Shown here one piece after another: positions 11,588-24,505 of a stretch of 47,986 bases of DNA. This DNA comes from Catajapyx aquilonaris. Lineage: Eukaryota. Under the pieces are notes generated by a model, which saw only the letters and a program-made list of their open reading frames with translations, had not been told where the DNA came from and made no database searches. The first letter of the stretch is position 1, and each line of letters begins with the position of its first letter. The position numbers and the translations under genes are program-made. The stretch lies in the NCBI GenBank assembly GCA_000934665.2, contig JYFJ02002977.1, positions 1-47,986 on the forward strand, given 5' to 3'.

Positions 11588-14500
11588 TCACTTGAGTTCT
11601 TTCATGGGCTGCAGTTTCCATTCTTCAGCCAATTTAGCCTGAAACAAAAAATAAATAAATTGTACAAGGAAGAGCATGATGTTTTCAATGCTCCTAGGTC
11701 CTAGGCACTGCAGTTCTACAGTATGAGGCAAGGGCAAAGGCAATGGGATTGGCTAATAGTTCCTATCAACATGTAAACTTTTCTCGCTCTAATGTAACTT
11801 TTAAACACTGATAATTTTTTGTATGGCTGCGAGGACATGTACACTTCTGGAGCCTCATGTAAAAACCTTGTAACTCAAGATACTGGGTTTTTACTTGTAG
11901 GCCACAATTGGACGGGTCTTTTCAAGCTCTATCCACTGGTAAAAACCATGCCTCTCTAACTTGTTTTCCTGCAAAGTTATTCAAGTTTTTCAAGTATGAT
12001 TTATGCAAGAACTAATGGCAGATCACGAACTTTGAGGTGCAATATCTCAAAATGGCCAAATCAGAGATACATGGTTTTTACATGAGGCTCCAGACTTGTG
12101 CTACTTACCATGGCAGTGATAAGTGTATGATGATATGGGATCCCTCCAAGTTGATCCACCATTTTTCCATGTGCCCTTTCAGGATCTCCAGCCACCAAGA
12201 CTGGACTATCCTCCAAAACCTGTTTTAAAGTAAAATTCACCATATTTTAAGGGGAATCAGTCCAACAAACGAGATTTAACCATCAATTTATAATTTGTGA
12301 ATTATTCTGGAAGACTAAGGGCCGGTTTCACCGAGCTCAGTATATGATAAAACCAGGGTATTTCTCAAAATCCCTATCTATTTGTATGGATTTTCCTAAA
12401 GAAACCTGGTTTTATCATATACCAAGCTCGGTGAAACCGGCCATAACTCATTACTAAAAATAACAACCAATCAATGATATCAGTACATGAATGTGGCATT
12501 TTCATATGCTGTGAAAAATGCTCTTTGTTGATTCATAACAATCATAAGTAAGAACTACTTTGCAGATGTAAAATCAGATGCATGTTGATTTCTCCAAACA
12601 TTGCCTGTCTTTAGCCTCAAACTTTGTACATCTTACCTAGAACTGATTAATTTAAAAACCATCAGTCTAACTGACATTTGAGGACCCCCGAGAAGTAGTA
12701 ATCCAATATGTTCCATAACATGCAGTGATAGAGTGTAATCTTCATAACTAAAAGCTCACAACAACATTGCAAGTGTAATAAAATCATTGCAGACTGTAAA
12801 CTTGATGAAACCTATTCATTACTGAAGAATTTTCACATACTTAAGGCAGCTCTAGGGTCACAATCCCACTGACTGTGAGTGAAGCTTGCAAAATTACTAC
12901 TTAAAAACTCACCGGTTCAGCATCTCGAAGGTCTCCCATGAACTGTCCAAGCCTCTCCTGAAACCCTGGGGCAAAGCACTCTGGATCAAATGCCACAAAG
13001 CACTGCCCAAGGTTGGCAACCTCATGGGTGACTCCCCACTTCCTTACATGTGGACCAAAACTGGCTCCTCCCAGTACTCCGCAAAACAGTTCCACAACAG
13101 CAGCCAACCCGTAGCCCTTGAACCCACTTGAGGTTTCAGGTCCTCCCAGGGGCATAAGTCCTCCTTTGTCTATTCCCCTGCCTGCATCATCTGTTTCCCT
13201 TCCAAGCTCATCAACAGCCCAACCAGACGGGAGCTTAGCACCAGCCCTTCGCTTCAGCTCCATTTTTCCAACAGCAACAGCAGTTGTTGCCATATCCAGA
13301 ACAAAGTCATCTCCATCTTTTCCAGGTGCAGCTACTGACAAAGGATTTGTGCCAAGCATCGGCTGGATGAAGTGGTCAGGAAACAAAATATAAAAAGTTG
13401 GTATAAGTACATGATATTGCTAAAAAGACAGGCTGTAGATTTACATGTCATTGGGGTTATTTACACAGCCATGCAAAGAAAATTGACTTCATCTAGAATT
13501 GATCAATACTTTTTTGATATCCAACATTTACCTTGTCACATGACCATGCAGACCATCTCGCATTATCCAAACTTTGCCAGAACACTGTAGTCTTGCGTAA
13601 TTATATTCTTTTAAATACGGAAAATCATCCTCGTACTGTTCCCTAATTTATTACATAATACTGTACTATCAGCATGGAAATTGTCTGGGCACTTGGGGGT
13701 AGGCTGAGGGTCCATACTCACAAGGGAATGCCCAACGTTGATCGCCTCCAATTTAGTTGAAACTCGCTTGAGAGGTCACTGATGTGCGATAGACACAGTG
13801 GTGAAAGTCCTAGATGACACTGTCCAGCCATTTCCGAGATATGAGCGACCAAAAAAATCCGCATTTTGGCCACGCGTATACAGGTGTCGTGCAGGAAGGG
13901 ACAAGTGCAAGGCCCTTATATCATGGCCAAAATTAGTATGTTTCTGTCCCTCATATCTCGGAAATGGATGGGCAGAGGCATCTAGGACTTCCACCACTGT
14001 GTATATTGCACATGAGTGACCCCTCAAGTAAGTTTCAACCAAATCGGAGGCACTGACCTTGGTAGTTCCCTTGTCAGTGTCTAACTTTCCAGCATAATGG
14101 ATAATGATTTTTCATTGTTGTTATCCATTTTGCAAAATATTCTTTGACTCAGGCAGCTACAGGCGTATCACTTGTGCCACAACAAAAAATGTTCTAGGTT
14201 TAATCCTAAGGCTGACCTTCTTTGCTCGTGTGGGCACCAGGAATGGAGAAGTATTGGTGAAAGACATTCCAATCATTCCTTCCTTGGTGGCCATCATGGG
14301 GTACCAGCCAGCTATTCCATAATGGTTTGAACTCTTGGCCACAACCCAGCCAACACCAGTCTCCTTGGCCTTGTTGATAGCCAGCTTCATGCAAAAGTCA
14401 CCCACCACAAATCCCAATCCATTTTTTCCATCAACCCAAGCTGTAGAAGGGCTCTCCTTTACAACCTCGGGCTTGATAGCTGCATCACATTGCTTGGATT

Positions 14501-16092
14501 GTATCTCCTTCATGTACATTTCTGCAAAACAAAGCTGGCCATCAGAATCTCAGTATATGAGTCGTTATGCAAATTGCAAAATTCTTACGCACTACAAAAT
14601 ATTGATGATAAATTTGTCCATTGTACAGTGTTGGACATAAATCGAGGCATACTGCTAGCGACATTTTCCAAAGTGGCAGAGGAAGGAATCTTGCTCGCCC
14701 GGCTTGCAGTATCCTTATCTTCGATTCCTTCTTCAGCCGATTCGGAAAATGTCGCTAGCCACCAGTGCCTCGAATGCCTCAATTAATGTCCAGTGCTGTA
14801 CCTTGTGAACCACTATAAACTCCACCAGATGCAGTCATCTTTGTAATCAATGATTAAATCTAAATGCTTCCAATGAATGCTTTTAATGATTGTGCATGGT
14901 ATTCCCTACATGTCTAAGGATTCTAGACCAGCCCCTTTTTACTTTTGAGGGGAAGTCTAACCATGTGAAATGGATATTGTCTCACATCACATTGTAGCAT
15001 ATTGCATCCACTTCAACCTACAATTATATGATCTATAGACTACATTTCCAGCTGTCATGTGAATATTTAAAAAACAATATCCGTGATTTGTATTGATGAT
15101 AGTCACAGGCAGTCCAAACACTAATGTGGGTATTAAATCACAAAATTTGTACAGTATAAGTGGGAGTGAGTGATGACAAAGAAACAAAACTCCATGTAAT
15201 TACTTCCGGCACTTGTCACCATCTCAAATGTACCCATAATCTAAAACAGCCTTTCATAATTGAAAGAAATGCTACATTACTGGAATTATTGAAATTTAAT
15301 GCTATTATTTTCCCAACAAAAGTCATGGACACCCAGATTTATTATACCTATGTAGAGTACAATAGTAATCCTTCATGCCCTTATTGGTTCCCAGGTTAAT
15401 CTTTCTGAGACAAATGAAACCAGTTAACTATAGTTAAAAATACATGATGTAGGTGCAATTTAGCATTACGTTTTGGCCCACTGAACTCGTGCAATTGCAT
15501 TTCCCGGCAAATCTGTTGCTCTTGAAGAGTTGAAGTTATATGTTGTTGATTGTAGGCTATATTGAGTGCAATTCTAATACTAAGAATTTTGAAAGTGTTC
15601 TAACAACCATGACTAAGACCATGACTTATCAAGATGCCTTGATTTTAATCTGTATTAAAGGTAATCCCTCATTTCCTCTGCATGGCCTTGAAGCTCTGTG
15701 TGTGAAAATATTTCCTCTGAACTGTACATGACCCACATAATTACCACACCTAAACGATTGAGTCCATGGCTGAAGTGCCCCCTGTAATCCGCAGCCACGA
15801 GTATATCAGCAGCTAGGGCACAGTGCTGGGGTGGGGTCCCTACAGCTTTCATAGAGTCAACGATGAATCGCTTGACCTCGCCCAGTGCAACGACACCCTT
15901 CCGTTCCTGCTGTCCTGATGCTGAAGTGGCTGCCATAGTCCTCCTGATCTGCAGTGCTGTGCTTGTGTTGGCAATGCGCTGGGCCAGGAGCAGGTCAAAG
16001 GGAGCATATGAACTGGCCAACAACCTACAGCTGAATCCCCCTATTGCTAGCCTGGTGCAGCTGCCAGCCACCCAGCATAATCCCAAGGCCAT
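11588..16092 (-). CDS. Ldh_2-family dehydrogenase, paralog B, about 419 aa with an N-terminal presequence-like extension
   Basis: Exons 16092-15750, 14521-14217, 13362-12913, 12219-12109 and 11638-11588 are GT-AG and in frame. Exon sizes 305, 111 and 51 are identical to paralog A. Motifs: GHFSHGLNRL, VDGKNGLG, SSNHYG, GTNP, LDMA, GFKGYGL, VAGDPE. A second in-frame ATG lies at 15936. Confidence 0.92.
12319..12443. mobile_element. PIF/Harbinger (Tourist-like) MITE
   Basis: GGCCGGTTTCACCGAGCTCAGTATATGATAAAACCAGG ... CCTGGTTTTATCATATACCAAGCTCGGTGAAACCGGCC, flanked by TAA at 12316-12318 and 12444-12446. Confidence 0.8.
13716..14078. mobile_element. MITE with long (about 125 bp) imperfect TIRs
   Basis: ACTCACAAGGGAA...CCATTTCCGAGATATGAG pairs with CTCATATCTCGGAAATGG...TTCCCTTGTCAGT. 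This explains the mirror-image ORFs 13776-14042 and 13798-14019. Confidence 0.8.
14626..14798. mobile_element. Tc1/mariner-type MITE
   Basis: TA-CAGTGTTGGACATAAATCGAGGCAT ... ATGCCTCAATTAATGTCCAGTGCTG-TA, with inner arms GCTAGCGACATTTTCC / GGAAAATGTCGCTAGC. Confidence 0.75.
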
Positions 16093-17550
16093 CTTAAGTC
16101 GGGTTACATCACCACTTACAGGAAGGACAATTAGTTCTCTGGCAGGATCCAACTTGGAACCATGCTTCCCCAAGCCACTTCAATCCACACTTGAGACTTC
16201 CCTCCCTCAACACCACGTTAACGATAACGCGTACTCTCTGCTCACAACCATGGCTCCGCATTAGCCAACTAGTCACCGAGATTACATGTCAACGTCGGTG
16301 TTCCGGGAGAGGCACAAAGTGTCACACAAACATGTGATCACACTTCCTTCTCAGTGGATGCCGCCATATTTATTTACAAGCCAAGGTTATCAGATGACAA
16401 GAGTTTACCCAAAAAAATCATTTATTGTATTCACTTGAGTACTTCCGTAGCTAGACCTTCCTGACACTCCCATTGAAATGTTTAAAAAATACGTCGAACA
16501 ATTACAATCACATGTGAATATTTAAAATGTCGCCGGGAGGGAAGCATATCTGGCAGGATAACTCCCCCACGAGCGAGCCCACGAGTCTTGAGGGCCGTGA
16601 TGGCCGTGATCATGGGCCGTGATACATTTGCCGTGATACATTATTTTGCCGTGAGACATTTTTTTGTGAAATGGGTTTTCTTACTTGAAATTTTAATTTC
16701 TAAGAACGTACACGTGAGCCTCGGTAATGACCCAATTAGGTGGCCAAACATCCATTTACTTCGGAAATGTTTACAAAAGCGCAATGCAAAGAGTAACCCT
16801 GACGCCAATAAGGGGGTTCGAAAAGTAATAGGCGTTTCCATGAATACGCTTGCCATTTGACAATACAATTGGTCGCCATGCATTCCTTCGTTGACCACAG
16901 GATATTGCATCATCCTCATGTGAGCAAACAAAAGGGAAGAAAAATCGAGATCAATGAAAAGTGCAGCATTGAGTCTTCAGCATGGAAATAGGCTAACCTT
17001 TGACCATCGTACTGTACTGTCATCAAATATCAGCCTATAAACACGATTCATTACTTTCCTAACGCCCCTAGCATAAGGTTACTGAACAGCGAGTAATGGA
17101 GCAAAAATGTCTCTCATCAGTGGTTTATTCTTATTAGACTATCGCCCTGTACGCATTAAGGACCATCCTTGTCGGGCCGAAGTTTTTACAGTAGTAGGCA
17201 GCCTATAATAAAACGACTTCTCTGTTGGCATATATTTTAATGATGAATAAAAATAATTTGTCACCGGAATTTTATATTTTTATCAAATCGGTGACTGCCT
17301 TATTCTTATCACCAGCTACGTAAATGACACCTAGGCGACTATCTCGCCTGATAATATTTATTGCTTTGCAATCCGTTCCCTAACGGGAAAGGCTACATTG
17401 CAAGACTGTCTGTCAGTATAGTTCTGCCTCTTTGACGACTGTATTTACATTGTCAAAGTTCGTTGATGCTACATGAACTTCGATTTTACCAATTTCAGGT
17501 TAAAATTATGCAGACGAATTCTGTGGTAGGCCATATCACTGCCATCCATA

Positions 17551-20500
17551 ATGCACCCACACGTTGTATATGGGGTCTTGCTGTGCACCCAACTGTTGTC
17601 ATTTTCTTTAACAGCAGCCTTGCCTACTAGTGCTGGTAAGTGTCATTTATTAATATTTCATTCTCAGTTAACCCTATAAAAAATAAGTGTTGTTCACTTG
17701 TGTGTCAACAGATTTCATATACGCCTGCGAAGATGTTACGTATTACATAGATGTCAACAAAGAATATCACATTCCTTCCGCCTACGCCCTTATCCGAAAC
17801 CGTGGCCCTAGCTGCGCCTTCAACGTTACCATTCGCAGGCCTAATAACAGCGGAAGAAACACGTTTACAATTGTGAACTTGCAACTACTAGAATCTAATT
17901 TCATCATTTCCTGCGACAAACAACATCGCTTAATAATTGTAAGTTACTGCCAGTCCACTCCAATCCCGCCTGTAGTTACCTCTGTCCATTGCATTGGTGT
18001 GTTGTGTGTGAAGGGGGGAAGCGAACAATGCCCTATGCCCTATGTACTCTCTACTACGGAGTTTTTCATTTAACATGAAGCTGCTTTATGTAAAGGAAAA
18101 GCTCCGCCAGGGCGGCGAGACTTGTGCTTCTCCACTGTACGTATACAACGCGGGGCGTCAGCGGTGTCAGTAAATACATTTTTCATGTTACTCTGTCAGT
18201 CATATTGCATGCATGCTGATGAAGTTTTGTGAAGTACTAGGAGAGCACTACTATTTCATGATAGATATGGAAAATTTTTAGGAGGGGACCCTAGAACCAA
18301 TAATTTTGGTTGTTTTTCAATAGGTTACTAAAGGTTCCCCAAGGGATGTGATGGAAAACTGTCCTGAGTGGGATGCACCGTTTCGCTATCAGGAGAAATA
18401 CGAAACCTATTCTCCACCTTTCGATGTCGTTAGTTTAACTTCAAGCAGCTCAGAAGTTACTTTTCAAGTGACGGAGAGTTTTTCAAGGACAAGATTTGAA
18501 TTGACAATTACAGCAGGAACAACAGGAGGTAATTAATTATTATGCAATGGATTCTAACTGAAATATCAGTAGTGGTTAACAATTTATCCTTTTGGCAAAT
18601 AGCTACACCAGGCTACTTACAAGTATAAGCACATATTTATAGCAGGTTCTTAGAGTGGTTATATCTAAAGCATTGGCTGCTAATATTATAGGTCGCATAG
18701 ACACATCTTTTCAACGCCTGCGAAGGGTTTGCATGCAAAAAAAAATTACAGGTTGAGAATTCGAAATTTCAAAAACCAAAAACCTGCCAAATCTGAAAGT
18801 TTTTTGAGTGCTGACATGACGCTCCCATAATGGAAAATTCCATATAGCATTACTAGCATCATTACGTGCATCTGCACTGGCGTACACAAAATGATTACAG
18901 TGCATTTTTTAAAAATAAAACTACCTATAATAAGAAATGTACGTGGATATCGGGCTCATGCATTTATCCCATGCTAACGCTGCCCCATGTTATCATGAAA
19001 ATATTAATATAATTCGAAATCAGAACACCTCGGGTCACAAGTATTCAGGATAAAGAATTTTCAACCTGTACGCAACTTGTATACGTATCATTGACATAAG
19101 GTGCCAATATAGTGTTCCTGGCATTCCAAATGGGTACGGTAATTAATTGCAATTCAAATCGTGAAAGGATGCGTCCCTTCGGCCTAATAAATATGTGTAT
19201 TTGCAGCTACTGCATAATGTGCGAGGTAATATGCTACTTGTAGGACCTGAAATAACTCCTTCGAAAGAAGCCATTTAAAGTCTGCATTGCTCAACTCTGC
19301 AGATGTTTCGCATTAGATGGGGCAATCCATGCTTTCATTAATCATTTTCTTTCCTATGATATCATAGAGCTCACGGATGGATTTTCGTGTGCACCAACGG
19401 GAAAATTGGTGCTGCATGTAAATCGTGACTTAAACTGTGATGGATCCGTTAACTGCCCAGCTGTGGTATACACAGACAGTGGAGCTGATCAGAGTTGGCA
19501 AGATGAAACGGATTGCATGTACGATTATGAATATGACAATGACTATTCACAGGACACAAATGACGAAAAAGGACCCTCTGGTATGCACTATTATAATTGT
19601 GTCACTATACACTATCACTACTGCACATCGCACATGAATCTGTGACAAATAAATCAATTTCGCTTTGGACATTTTGATTCTCTATGGTCAGGGAGGTTAT
19701 TATAGGTTTGGAATGTAAGGTGGGAATATGCAATAGCCTGAAGGAGAGGTCAGTTAACAAATTCGTGAAAATGTGCAGCGTGATGCATTTTAAAGGTCAG
19801 GTAGATTCATGATTTCATTCATTTTTTATGAACCCTTGAACTGGTATGAAGATTTTATATAGTTTATGCACAAAAGCAGAAGTATAGGCCTATATTCTCC
19901 TCTGTCATTTTGTAATGAGTTTAGGTCTATGCAACCAAGGATTTTAACCAGTGGGAAAGTTATAGGTCATGACTTTGACAGTGGAGGTAGCCAGGTAGGT
20001 TAATATCAATTCTGTAAAGGTATTCCAAAGAATGTGATTGAGTCAGTTGAGTGTCCAAGCAATTCTTTTAGCACTATCAATATGAGTAAAATCCTGAAAC
20101 ACATGATAAACAGCTGGAAAAGCTGTTTTTGAATATATCTATTTTGGATTTTAAGGCAGAGGAAGACATAAAGTAGGCTACCGAATTTACCAATATATTG
20201 TTTAATAGTATTTTACAAGTATTTCCCAATGATCATTTCAGATTTCTTCTTACACTCCCAAAGTAAAAATGAGGGTTTAAAAAAATGATCTTATAAGGAA
20301 CATGCAATTTTCGAACTTTCAAACCTTTCTATCTAGAAATTACTCCAGTTTAACTTCGATTATTATTTTACATTTCACACCATGATTTAATAATTATTTT
20401 AATTTTAGGTGATGGTGAAGAAAAAGCAGAGAAACGGTGTGAAGAATATGGATTAGAAACTGGTGAAAAAACTAACTGCGGTGATGACTATTCGAACCCT

Positions 20501-22521
20501 GATGATGAAAGTATTACAGACTCAACAATACCAAGCATCGATCCTCCCACAACTATGAAGCCTACAACCACAACGGAGGAAATAATGCCGATATCAGGAA
20601 CTATTGGTAGGTGTTTCATGAAACAGGAGTCCTCTACCTGCGAGCAAATGGAACGAGCTTGAAATTTTACTATTTCTTAAAGCTAGACGTGTTACTTTAC
20701 AGTTTACAGTAGGCCTACAATGTATGAATATGGGTAGATTTATATTATCGTGACACGTATTTAACATAATATATTATAATTACTAATTTTTCCACTTGCA
20801 GACACTAACTTAGACTGCAACCAAGGGAATTACACATACATGGTTCAATTTTCAAACTCCGAGGCCCCTTCAGCGAGACAATTAACTTTAATGAGTGATC
20901 ATCACCGTTGCAACTTCGATATATTTCTATATCCTCACGAGCCAACATGGTTTAAGGGTGGAATCATTTTAAATATAATTCACCTGAGTACGTGCAACGA
21001 TTACGAACAACAACAGGCATCATCATGCAAATCAGGAGAATTCATAGAGGTTAGTAGTGTTTATTTAACGTTTAATGCAGACAATCGAGACGCTGTTGCA
21101 GGTTTTCACACTGGAGCAACTTACACATCCTGAGCACAGAACAGGAACTATGAGCTATCCATACAGGCAGCATAAAATGACTAACAGAACAGAGAGTGTA
21201 CTAATAACTAGCTATCACTACATGTATATAACATACAATATTATATAAAATGTATTTTCAGATATTGGATTTAGAGCACGGGCGTGCTGGATACAGTGTG
21301 TACGGTAACTGCAACTGGGGTGAAGAAGATGATGAGAGATGTATAATGTCATATTTTGGAACCAGATATGAAGAAGCTTCTTCTTATTCCAGAAAAGGAT
21401 TTAGAGTGCGAGTGAAATTCAACTTATATTCTCAGTTCCAAATACTTGTGACAGCCGCGCAGGAAGGTACTATTTTTTATATGATAAATTGAAAACTGTG
21501 TAAGAAATCATACCGCGGTAATACTCAACATAAATCTAATACACTATTATTATATTATTGTTGTGCATTGCGTATAGGATGGAGCACTGGAGAACACAGC
21601 GAAACATTCTGTGAATATATGCAACCACAAGTTTATATCAATAATCTTCTGGCATGCGATGACAACTATAATTGTGGACCTTGGGGATATACAACGGACG
21701 AAGATAATTGCTCATCATCCCAACAAAATGGTACGATTTCACTGCGGGTGCCCATGTAGGCTAGAGGTTCTCTCAATGGAATCTGATTATTCATACCAAC
21801 AATAGGTAGCAGTAGTATAGTCAGGATTAGGTTTGGTTCAGTTTTTGCAGTGGAATACACGTAGTGAAATGAGTGTGATCTAAAACACTTGTTTATTTTT
21901 AAATCACGAAACCGGAGGAAATCCATGGAATAACATAATTAAATCTTAACCAGTGCATATTTAGTATTCCTGGAAAAGAATTTAAAACCCACATCTGTAG
22001 CCTGCCAGAGGGATGCACATTGATGTCAAATGGAATGTCGTCTTATTTCATTCTCAGGTTACAGCGTGGCAGTCATACTTACCATCACTTTCATAGTCCT
22101 GTGCCTGATATTCAGCGGGGTGTTCATTCACATGTTTTACCGTCGTCGCCTACGTATTCGGCGGATGCTGCGGGATCAGCTGAGGGAAAGAAGAGTAAAT
22201 CGCCGCCGAAGGACCACCAGCGCCAGAGGCATCCTCAACTCTGGTGATGGCAGCAGCTCTACTTCATCCGCGTCCAGCCTGAGGGACCCCGATTGGCCCC
22301 CACCCTACACCACCACTGCAGACACCTCTCCCAGTGCCCCGACCGCTGTTCAGTTCGATCCTCCACCATCGTATGACGTCGCAGTAAGAATGTCCAGTGA
22401 ACTTGGCCATCTTACTCTGCCAAAGGACGAGCCCTCTGCTGCAGTGCAGCCCGACAATTATCCAGGAGATGGGACTACTGTTGTGCTGGCTCCACCAGAG
22501 GCTTCGGAGACGCACATTTAA
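17551..22521 (+). CDS. Type I membrane protein: signal peptide, (CUB-like + LDLa-like) x2, TM, PPxY tail; about 665 aa (gene C)
   Basis: Nine in-frame GT-AG exons: 17551-17635, 17712-17938, 18324-18528, 19368-19580, 20409-20606, 20802-21049, 21262-21466, 21578-21730, 22058-22521. Signal peptide MHPHVVYGVLLCTQLLSFSLTAA. LDLa-like motifs CDGSVNCP..DETDC and CDDNYNC..DEDNC. TM VAVILTITFIVLCLIFSGVFIHMF followed by an Arg run. Tail motifs PPPY and PPSY. Confidence 0.8.
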
Positions 22522-24505
22522 AATCCCGTAACCATTAATCAAATGTAAAATGCGGGCTACGATTCGGAGTTGAAGGTCGCCAAGAGACATTTGTTTGCTC
22601 TTCAGAGGACTTAACCCTAGCCCCATTATTTTTGAACCATCCGTTTCGAAGTATTGTTGCATAACGTTTTATATTATTCCAGTGCAGCAAGTATATTCGT
22701 CGGCACAGTACTACTGATTTAGGTCAACTCCTCATGAACATGCCAAGAAGCTGTGTAGACTTACCTATTGTATGAATAATTTTGTATATTTCGTTAATGA
22801 TAGCAATATGATGTAATATTTATTATTTGTGTACCTACTGATATTATGAAACCCCATTCCCACTTGGAAGATTGACCGCCTTGACTAACTGTGAGTAGTA
22901 TCATTACAGTTCATGTCCTCAAGACGAACTTAAGCCTCGATACCTGATCGTTACATCATATAGTCGCCTGGGTCATTGTAGCGGCAATAATTACATGCAG
23001 TTACGTTCAAAAATTACTGAATGTAATAGGAGTGGTATTTTAAGCTCGCATAAATGAAGACGTCGTCGTAATTTAGTAGCAGATCACCCGTCTCTGTCCG
23101 AGAGTGTATACCGTAACATTTTGTTCATTATTCCACAACCCCACTTCTTTTGGGATGGACCAATTTTTTTGGTCTATGGCTTGCAATTAAGCTTATCTAA
23201 TTATCATACAGTAACCTCGACCACAATCATGCATTCCGAATTCTGACCCCCCACCCCCACCCACACCCTTTTCAATGTCCTTCCTCTTGAAAGTGGATAT
23301 CCCACAGGCGATGATGATGGTCTGCTTTTAACAGTAATGCCATTATTTCCGGGTAGCCCATCCTGCCACAGACGACGACGCGACGGCGTCTGCGTCTGTC
23401 AGTATATGAAGGTATCATGCAGTACACTAAACAAGGAGAAGAATGCAGGTTGTACCAAGGGCCACTATACCTAATACCTGCGCGTTGGTCATGCAATGGG
23501 GAACCAGTGCACTCACATAAGGTTGGTTACACTTACAGATTACACCCGATCGGCCGATGTCAAGCCATGCTCGAGACATTTACACATATACTATTTGCAA
23601 TAATTTATTTGCGACATATTCTCCTTATTCTAACACATGGTTTAATATACTACAAATCCCACATAAGTTATAAGGTATGGCTGGTTTTACCTTCTTTTAC
23701 CTGTATCTGTACGTAGCCTATACAAAATGATTAAAATTTTATATAAAACTATACCTCCAGTATGACCTCTAGTAAGAACTATGCGATAACGTGTGAGGCA
23801 TTCATTTTTTACTGAACACAACTTGCATAGTGTCCTTGGTTAATGTGGCACGTACTACTATACCCTTCGAATACATTGCTATATAAATTGTGAACAGTGT
23901 AGTCTAATCGTTCCTCTTTGCCACAGTAAGATATTGCTATAGTGATTGCCCTTGTAATGCTTTCACTATAATACCCGTATCTCCACATGACCTTGTTATT
24001 AAGACCTATATGGGTGTATAGTGCATGTAACCAAATCTTTCGATATAAGATTTAAGCAAATATCTACTTACATGACTGTATATTGAGTACAGAAGTACAC
24101 AAGTGGAAACAACTTTATTTAATGTCGTGCTAATTCTGCGATAAGGGATTTTTGGAGTGAAAGATTCAATGTACACAAAATAGCACAGAGTTTATAAATG
24201 GAAATGTCTAATGATAAGTTTCACCTTCCATACACACAAAAAAAACTAATCATATTATCCATGATATCTGAATCCACTTTCGTCAGAAAGCGATAGAAGT
24301 GAACAGATAATCTTGCCACGTCAATAATGAACTGCTATTTTACCAGTAGACTTTGATTCCGCACGCAATGAGCCTGTAATTGCAGCGTGTATATTGTAAG
24401 AACAAGGCTCATAGAGCTCAAGTAATTCTCCATGGTGCTGATTTTTCATGCACCCATTTCTTTACCACTTTCCCTCTCGTAAAAACTAACGATATTTCTT
24501 GGAAT

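Noticed and set aside
7385..16092. Recent horizontal transfer or bacterial contamination for the Ldh_2 genes
   Set aside because: They have multiple spliceosomal introns at shared positions, and the family is known in invertebrates.
16093..16173. ORF-track start at 16173 for dehydrogenase B
   Set aside because: It is a TTG start, which is not expected in a eukaryote. The first in-frame ATG is at 16092.
16594..16654. Short GCCGTGA repeats, considered as CRISPR-like
   Set aside because: The units are 7-9 bp with irregular short gaps, there are no spacers or cas genes, and the context is eukaryotic.
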